From the IMG/VR virus record IMGVR_UViG_3300007778_000001, positions 1-40,143 of that record: 40,143 nucleotides of DNA; one strand, written 5' to 3'. The notes below the pieces were generated by a model. The model worked only from the letters and a program-made list of their open reading frames with translations, was not told where the DNA came from and searched no databases. Positions 34,567-40,143 of the stretch are shown here, piece after piece (within the stretch, counting starts at the first letter, position 1; each line of letters opens with the position of its first letter). This DNA is from a virus. Its lineage: Duplodnaviria; Caudoviricetes. The translations under genes and the position numbers were made by a program.

Positions 34567-34733
34567 CAGTGGGCAGGGATTCGAACCCCGCAGCCTCCGT
34601 TACTCATCGTCTTTAGCTTTGCTCTGAGCTATCGAAGCATCAACGAACTGTTGTAAGCAATTACTCGGCTCGCGAAAACCGAAACGGAACCGAGGCCACC
34701 CCTCGGACAGAACACCTTATCTGCGTACCACTG
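34567..34733 (-). ncRNA. tRNA-like 167-nt structured RNA with very large variable arm
   Basis: CAGUGG/CCACUG acceptor, UA, D-like arm with GG, CCGAG/CUCGG arm, ~95-nt branched arm, T arm GCGGGG-UUCGAAU-CCCUGC. Confidence 0.65.
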
Positions 34734-34751
34734 TTTCATATTACAAAGGGG

Positions 34752-34773
34752 CGAGCAGGATCTCTCCTGCCCG
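34752..34773 (-). other. GC-rich hairpin with GAGA tetraloop just upstream of the tRNA-like RNA
   Basis: CGGGCAGGA-GAGA-UCCUGCUCG. Confidence 0.55.
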
Positions 34774-34783
34774 TCCGCTATTA

Positions 34784-34993
34784 TTAACCGAACTTTTTAA
34801 GATCGATTGACATTCTTTCTCTTGCTGTTTCGACCGCTTTCATAACTTTTGCCTCAGATAAAGAGGAAAAGTTCATTTCAACCTCTCTAAAAATGATTTG
34901 CTCTGCTTGGTAATCTTCAAGGTGAGCGTATTCTCTAAATCCTTTGTAGGCAAATTTTTCTGCTGCTTTGTAAAGTTGTGCTGAAGTAGTCAT
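34784..34993 (-). CDS. Hypothetical protein (likely start 34993)
   Basis: First gene after the promoter at 35024-35031. Confidence 0.65.
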   Translation of the reverse strand: MTTSAQLYKAAEKFAYKGFREYAHLEDYQAEQIIFREVEMNFSSLSEAKVMKAVETARERMSIDLKKFG

Positions 34994-35023
34994 CGTGGTT
35001 GGTTTATTGGTTGATTTCTTGAG

Positions 35024-35062
35024 CAAATATAAAACACTTGCTCGAAATAAAAAAAATATCCG
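35024..35062 (-). promoter_or_regulatory. Promoter TATATTTG for the early/replication operon
   Basis: TAnnTTTG plus shared upstream motif. Confidence 0.6.
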
Positions 35063-35071
35063 TATAATTTT

Positions 35072-35512
35072 TTACTTTTTCATTACCGCATCTAAAATTC
35101 GAGGGAGCAAAACAAGGGCTAAGACCAAAATAAGAACCCAAAACAATAAGTCCTGTGCTTTCTCAAAAAACCCTTTTTCCCTTTTTTCGGTCTGCACTAT
35201 CATTTTAGGGATTACAACCTCTTTGTATATCGTATCGCAAACGCAATCTACCTTTAAGGGCGGTATAGTGTCTTTAGATCGTTTACCCCTTACCGTTAGG
35301 CTTATGCCATCTCTTTGAATAGTTCGTGTCTCTCCGGGCAATAAAGCTATCTCTGCGGCTATTTCTCTACCGGGAATCTCAATTAGTATCGTATCGCTCG
35401 TAAAGCATTCAGGGCAAATGCGCTCGGCTTTATCCATGTGCCGCTTCGCTCTTTGACTTGGGCTGCACCCCACCAAAAGCAACGCTAACACGATAACTTT
35501 TAGTAGGTCCAT
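35072..35512 (-). CDS. Lipoprotein with C-terminal TM (unimolecular spanin-like; likely start 35512)
   Basis: MDLLKVIVLALLLVG-C lipobox, C-terminal LLFWVLILVLALVLL, next to the endolysin. Confidence 0.65.
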   Translation of the reverse strand: MDLLKVIVLALLLVGCSPSQRAKRHMDKAERICPECFTSDTILIEIPGREIAAEIALLPGETRTIQRDGISLTVRGKRSKDTIPPLKVDCVCDTIYKEVVIPKMIVQTEKREKGFFEKAQDLLFWVLILVLALVLLPRILDAVMKK

Positions 35513-35994
35513 AGAACATTCTTTGGCTTGGTGGTGTCGATATCCAAATGAATCCCCCAACTGGCTATGCCTATGCGATTGAAAAAATGATCTTGCTTAA
35601 TAATCTCAAGGGCTAAACTGTCTGCTGTGGCCGAATCCGTATAGCAATAAAGTACCTCTTGAGCTGATAAAAAGTAGTTTACATCCATAGCCCCACGAAC
35701 TATGCGATAGCGACTGCTACCGTCTTCCGCTGCAAAATCTCCCGCTACTCCTTTAGTATGGCTACTGCCCTTTACCCCACCGATTACCGCGTTCCAATGC
35801 AAATTCCTAAATCCACTATTCACATAAATAGGCGCACCGCTAAAATGGCGCACTAATTCCATACCGCCTCTAAAAGTGCTATCTACTCTTTTTGGGTCAT
35901 CTCCGCGCTTTACCCACTCCGCAGGTGCAAAATAAGCCCCAACCGCTAAACCCGTAACGGCCAGCCCGCGTGCTATTTTAGCTTTCCAACTCAC
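35500..35994 (-). CDS. Endolysin, peptidase M15 family
   Basis: NSGFR...N..IGG...SSH..G.AGD...IHLD, with an N-terminal hydrophobic Ala/Gly-rich segment. Confidence 0.85.
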   Translation of the reverse strand: MSWKAKIARGLAVTGLAVGAYFAPAEWVKRGDDPKRVDSTFRGGMELVRHFSGAPIYVNSGFRNLHWNAVIGGVKGSSHTKGVAGDFAAEDGSSRYRIVRGAMDVNYFLSAQEVLYCYTDSATADSLALEIIKQDHFFNRIGIASWGIHLDIDTTKPKNVLWTY

Positions 35995-36404
35995 TCTTTA
36001 CTTTCTTTTCCGGCTAATTCTACCCGCAAATCTCCATTAGTTCTGATTAGGTCGGCCAGTCGCTCGTTAAAATTCTTCGCGTTAGTCTCATTTGCTACTC
36101 GCATAGCTTCAAAGCTACGTTCTAATCGATTAATCCATTCATTTCTATCTTCTTCCCTAGTCTCAAGTTTAATCAAACGCTCATAAATCTCCTTTTCGTG
36201 CGCTCGGTCTAACTCTTCTCGGTGTTCACGAGCCTTGACAATATCCTTTATGGCCGTTTGTGAAGCTTCGCGTACATCTTCGATTAATCCTTTTATTTCG
36301 CTCTCTTGCTGATCTTTTTGGCGAATAAGCCACTTGTATAGCCCAAAGGACAACGCGCCGAACCCAATTATCAAACTGACTAATTCAATCCAAAACCTGC
36401 TCAT
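35991..36404 (-). CDS. TM plus coiled-coil protein, holin-like (likely start 36404)
   Basis: One N-terminal TM, coupled to the endolysin. Confidence 0.55.
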   Translation of the reverse strand: MSRFWIELVSLIIGFGALSFGLYKWLIRQKDQQESEIKGLIEDVREASQTAIKDIVKAREHREELDRAHEKEIYERLIKLETREEDRNEWINRLERSFEAMRVANETNAKNFNERLADLIRTNGDLRVELAGKESKE

Positions 36405-36550
36405 TCTGCAAAGTATTTTATTGTAAAGTAAGTTAAAAATACAGCCCCTGCCAAAGCCAAAAGAATAAACACAACGCCCCATTGTAAGCACCCTACGCCC
36501 AACTCTTTGAAGAAGTTACTGATATTCTGCTCAACTCTATTTGGTCCCAT
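36401..36550 (-). CDS. Small single-TM protein (holin/antiholin candidate; likely start 36550)
   Basis: TAATG and ATGA coupling, hydrophobic C-terminal half. Confidence 0.5.
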   Translation of the reverse strand: MGPNRVEQNISNFFKELGVGCLQWGVVFILLALAGAVFLTYFTIKYFAE

Positions 36551-38160
36551 TATACAGAGGGTATGTCTCCGCGCGTTGCATTCCACGCATCTACAATTAA
36601 CTTCGTGTTTGTATTAGCCGCGCTTAAATCTGCGGTGTACATTACTGGGTAGATAAGGTAGCCGTCCAAATTAAAATCATTGTTTGTGCTTCTCGCGGCT
36701 AAAGTCATATTATTACTTCCATTCGTTGGTGTTCCGCTATCTCGGTTCGCTGTGCCACTTAGTGTTGGTGTTGTTGTTTTTCCTCCTATATACCAATTAG
36801 TTTGCGAGCCGTCTAAACTTCTTGTTAAAGCTATAGAATACCAAGTGCCAGAATTAATAGAGCTTACTGCGGAATCAACGGTAGAAGATGTTGATCCGTC
36901 CCTTGAAAAGAATCGCATAGAATTGCTAAATTCATATATTTCAATCCCCGAAGAAAATGGGGTATTACTGATTATGCGATTCCCATTAAGCGTATTGAAA
37001 TATACCCACCCCGCAAAGCTAAACGCTCCCGAAGTATCTATGTTAGCCCCCGCATCGACAAAAATGCCGTCATATCCACCGCTAAAGTTTAGGGCGTTTG
37101 GTATGTATGCGTTTTGCATTGTGTTGCCAAAGATGTCCGTAGGGCTATTGTATTCTTGGCCGACTATCCTAACTTCATTTGTTCCCGTTTCAAGTGCTAA
37201 TTTAACTTGTGTTGCGCCCGAATAAGCCACCGTAAAAGCTTGCGTTACCGTTAGGTTTGTGTTATCCGTTACGCTGTCAACTATACGAAATTCGCCACCT
37301 GCTACACCAATGACATCTCCTGCGCTGTAATCCGTTGTAAATGCCGTCCCGCTTCCCGTTACTGCCGTTCCGCTTGTGCTAATTGTACCGCTTGGTGCTG
37401 TTTCTTCGTAGTTATTAAAGCCCCCTAACGCTGGTTGATAGCCTTCTTTAACCCCGCTTACGCGAGTAGCACCTACAATCGTTCCGTTATTGCCGTTACC
37501 TGACTTGTCGAATACCGTATTTCCAGCCAATTCATCAAAGCCGTAATTAACCTCTAAGCCGTTTGCAATAGGTGTCTGTGGGTTGTTGTAGTTTGCTAAT
37601 ACTTCGGAGGCGGTTAGGGCATCGGTATAGACGTGGAATCCCGCCACATCAAAGCCGCCAAAAGCTACCCCTACCTTACCGATATTTACATCGTCTGCCG
37701 TTACTGCCGCATCCAATACAACCGTAACCCAAGCATAAGCCGTTGTTATCGTACTGCTCTCTACGCCATTAACGTAGATTGTACCTGACTGACCAGCTAA
37801 AGATAAAGTACCACCAGACGCGCTTAAACTATCCGTAGCGTTTAACTCGATAATATCCTCGCTTGTGCTGTCCAATTCTAAAAGTAGCGAATAGCTTCTA
37901 ACACTACCTACATCGCCTACGTTTATTTCGTTATTTACGCCGTCAAGGGTTAACGCCCCGCCCGAATGAATCTGCCCATTATTTCCCGCACCGCTAAAGT
38001 CGTTTAATTGCTTACCTGCTTCGTTCCAATTAGGGCGTGGTAGTATAGTATTCTTGAAATACAAAATAGCATTTTGAAGCGGGGGATTATCCCATAACTC
38101 CGCCTGCAAATAATTTCGCATTTTCCACGCCACAGATCTTTTACAGCAACTTCTACGCAT
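36550..38160 (-). CDS. LamG/concanavalin-like domain virion protein (tail fibre/decoration)
   Basis: YVNG, YTDALTASEV..Y, FDE..GNTVFDKSGNGNNGTI, FSFAGWV, GTWYSIALT; fibre-like VTGSGTAFT. Confidence 0.75.
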   Translation of the reverse strand: MRRSCCKRSVAWKMRNYLQAELWDNPPLQNAILYFKNTILPRPNWNEAGKQLNDFSGAGNNGQIHSGGALTLDGVNNEINVGDVGSVRSYSLLLELDSTSEDIIELNATDSLSASGGTLSLAGQSGTIYVNGVESSTITTAYAWVTVVLDAAVTADDVNIGKVGVAFGGFDVAGFHVYTDALTASEVLANYNNPQTPIANGLEVNYGFDELAGNTVFDKSGNGNNGTIVGATRVSGVKEGYQPALGGFNNYEETAPSGTISTSGTAVTGSGTAFTTDYSAGDVIGVAGGEFRIVDSVTDNTNLTVTQAFTVAYSGATQVKLALETGTNEVRIVGQEYNSPTDIFGNTMQNAYIPNALNFSGGYDGIFVDAGANIDTSGAFSFAGWVYFNTLNGNRIISNTPFSSGIEIYEFSNSMRFFSRDGSTSSTVDSAVSSINSGTWYSIALTRSLDGSQTNWYIGGKTTTPTLSGTANRDSGTPTNGSNNMTLAARSTNNDFNLDGYLIYPVMYTADLSAANTNTKLIVDAWNATRGDIPSV

Positions 38161-38164
38161 CTTA

Positions 38165-38995
38165 TTAAATTGATAATTTATTGATCGTAATGTCCAAATG
38201 ACCGCTAACCCGCGCAGTTGCGCCAGTAGTCTGCGCTCCTAAAATAATGTCTGTTCTCGCAGGCACAACAACAGGATAGTAAAATTGCTCCGATAAACTT
38301 GATTGATATATTACACCATCTCTGCGCACGCGCCATCCCGGATTGCTTTCGCCCGAAAATAAAGTAAACAGCTTGGCAATAACTTCTTTTCCACTACCTA
38401 CCGAAATCTCCCAGGCGTCTATCGTTGCAACAAAACCTCTCGGAACGCTATAAATCATTTGCTCGGTTTGTCCGGTATTCGGTGCAATTACGGCAACGGT
38501 AGTTCCAGAAATAGTTATCTCAATTTCCCCATCATTAGCAGCCGTAGCCCCAAAGTTGTCATTTCCAAAAGTATCTCCAAAAGCCCTATTTATCCTTAAA
38601 AACTGACCAGTAGTCTGAACGGTGCTTGTACCGTTTAACGTAACGGTCTCCGACGCTTGATCTCCGTTTTGATCTAATCCTTGCACCGTGATCGTTCTCA
38701 TTCCCGACCCGGCTGCCGTGTCATTTGCGCTGTCGCTCGAAATACTTACCACAGAGGCTGCACTTGGAAAGCTCGTAAATATACCATTAGGCCAAATAGG
38801 TTGCATAATAGTTCCAACCGTTCCGTTTCCAAATTTATCAACACTTTGTACCTCATCAAAAACACCCAAAGGCACAAGCTGTTTACTGGGTGTGTTGATA
38901 TGAAAAGGAAAGAGATTGTTGCCAATGCCTAAAGCACGAAATTGTCTCTCTGAACCTTGACCGTCTATTACTTTGTAATTGTCTGATTCTGCCAT
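38165..38995 (-). CDS. Putative virion structural protein
   Basis: SSDSANDTAAGSGMRTITVQGLD, FLRINR, YSVP. Confidence 0.6.
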   Translation of the reverse strand: MAESDNYKVIDGQGSERQFRALGIGNNLFPFHINTPSKQLVPLGVFDEVQSVDKFGNGTVGTIMQPIWPNGIFTSFPSAASVVSISSDSANDTAAGSGMRTITVQGLDQNGDQASETVTLNGTSTVQTTGQFLRINRAFGDTFGNDNFGATAANDGEIEITISGTTVAVIAPNTGQTEQMIYSVPRGFVATIDAWEISVGSGKEVIAKLFTLFSGESNPGWRVRRDGVIYQSSLSEQFYYPVVVPARTDIILGAQTTGATARVSGHLDITINKLSI

Positions 38996-38999
38996 AATT

Positions 39000-39617
39000 T
39001 TAAATTAACGGTATATAAAATGAGTTTTCTTTTCTAGTAAAATTTTGGCTGTAAGCAAATAATTCGCTCGGTGCTTCTGTCTCGCACAACAAGTCGGTTA
39101 AACATCGCTCAAAGGTCTTGAAATTAGCCTCAAACGAGCATCTTACAGCACATAGACTGTCATCCCAACCTTTTACCTCTCCGAACTCTGTTTGTATCAC
39201 ATCAATCCAATTCGTATCTATTCCAGTAGATTCAATTCGACTGCCCCACGAATTATCAATCTTAAAAGATCCTAATAAAGCCGTGTCAACTTTTCTCGCT
39301 AACTGATAAGGAGCCAGTCGCCCATCTGCACTAACTTTTGACCTCTTGGCAATCGCCACAACTACAAACGGTACGCTTACCTCTAAAATCGTGTCCGGAA
39401 CAGTTTGAATGTCCTCGCGATCTATTTCCCCGTCTATTCGGAAATAAGTAAGCCCCGCGCTGTAATCGTGATTCTCTACCGGAATACATTCGCTACCCTC
39501 ATAACTCGCAGGTATGCTTTCGCCTTCTTTGTTTAATGTAAGCTCTGCCAACCCTACGTTGTTTCGGCAAACACCAACTAATTTCAAACGGGATTCTATG
39601 TATTCAAATAGCGTCAA
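39000..39617 (-). CDS. Putative tail terminator/completion protein
   Basis: 205 aa, synteny in the head-tail joining block. Confidence 0.45.
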   Translation of the reverse strand: MTLFEYIESRLKLVGVCRNNVGLAELTLNKEGESIPASYEGSECIPVENHDYSAGLTYFRIDGEIDREDIQTVPDTILEVSVPFVVVAIAKRSKVSADGRLAPYQLARKVDTALLGSFKIDNSWGSRIESTGIDTNWIDVIQTEFGEVKGWDDSLCAVRCSFEANFKTFERCLTDLLCETEAPSELFAYSQNFTRKENSFYIPLI

Positions 39618-40143
39618 ATCTCTTTATCATTTCTCGGTTCATTACTTCTACGAAAATATCACTTTCTTTTTCTGTCGGAGCAAAAATTTCTTTACCGAAA
39701 TGCTCTTCCAACCATTCTCTTTTTTCTCCGTTCTCCTTTCGGTTGGTCCCGGTTACATACCGATTAGGCTTTAACTTTTGAATAGCACTACGGAAGTCGC
39801 TTTGCAAATTATTTGTAAACCGAAAATTAACGAAGCTCGTTTCCAGACCTTCTAATTTTCTAATCTCTTTATAACCGCCCGGCAGTAAGACAAGGTTGTG
39901 TCCCTGGACCTTTCTCCACTCTTGCTCCGCCCTCTTTGCTTTGCTCCCAAATATCTTATTTGCAGCTCTTTTTGTCTTGAATGAACTCGATCCAACTAGC
40001 GTAGGGCTAGAACTATACTGCCCAATTTCAGAGCCGTTAGATGCGCCTCCGGCTTCAAAAATTCTAATTACCGTATTGTTATGGCTGACCCGTACAGCTA
40101 CTCGCATAGATTCATCGGTGGCAGCCTTCATTCCGGTTATTTC
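39604..40143 (-). CDS. 3' part of the junction-spanning neck/tail-completion protein
   Basis: Continues from ATG at 171. VNFRFTNNL motif. Confidence 0.8.
   Translation of the reverse strand, partial: EITGMKAATDESMRVAVRVSHNNTVIRIFEAGGASNGSEIGQYSSSPTLVGSSSFKTKRAANKIFGSKAKRAEQEWRKVQGHNLVLLPGGYKEIRKLEGLETSFVNFRFTNNLQSDFRSAIQKLKPNRYVTGTNRKENGEKREWLEEHFGKEIFAPTEKESDIFVEVMNREMIKRFDAI
40021..40143. repeat. Terminal direct repeat, second copy
   Basis: Identical to 1-123. Confidence 0.97.

Noticed and set aside
34567-34733. Canonical tRNA-His(GUG), tmRNA or attP
   Set aside because: No U33, 6-bp acceptor stem, oversized arm, too short for tmRNA, and no integrase nearby.
35763-35774. Fourth copy of the pseudoknot motif (TACTGCCCTTTA)
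   Set aside because: It lies inside endolysin codons and lacks the GGCAAC partner strand.
11304-38160. Diversity-generating retroelement or retron
   Set aside because: No reverse transcriptase ORF, and no TR/VR pair seen.
171-39617. Stop-codon reassignment
   Set aside because: Genes tile densely under the standard code, with TAA, TAG and TGA all used as stops.
61-39774. Plus-strand ORFs in the track (e.g. 16647-17195, 36680-37225, 33714-34100, 20527-20788)
   Set aside because: They are antisense shadows of well-supported minus-strand genes or translations of repeats, with no motifs.

Overview
Complete, circularly permuted ~40,020-bp tailed phage genome. Bases 1-123 repeat exactly at 40021-40143, and one gene reads in frame across the junction. 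The host is very probably a Bacteroidota, based on TAnnTTTG promoters and AT-rich leaders without Shine-Dalgarno sites. Almost every gene is on the minus strand: head module (portal, minor head, scaffold, major capsid), a five-gene glycosyl/methyltransferase cluster, tail module with tape measure protein, TerS/TerL, recombination and replication helpers, and lysis genes. I recognise no integrase, polymerase or helicase. The most notable signal is an integron-like gene-cassette system. At 19.2-23.6 kb, and again at 30.9-31.6 kb, small accessory ORFs sit between GTT...AAC ends that are complementary within each cassette. They are separated by attC-like palindromes or by a 28-bp attI-like repeat, the genes are inverted relative to canonical cassettes, and no recombinase is encoded. 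Other unusual elements: three covarying H-type pseudoknots in front of the major capsid and major tail genes; a 167-nt tRNA-like RNA with a very large variable arm; and a ~900-bp regulatory island with a structured leader, an unannotated RHH gene and two candidate sRNAs. All calls were made by eye, with no database searches.
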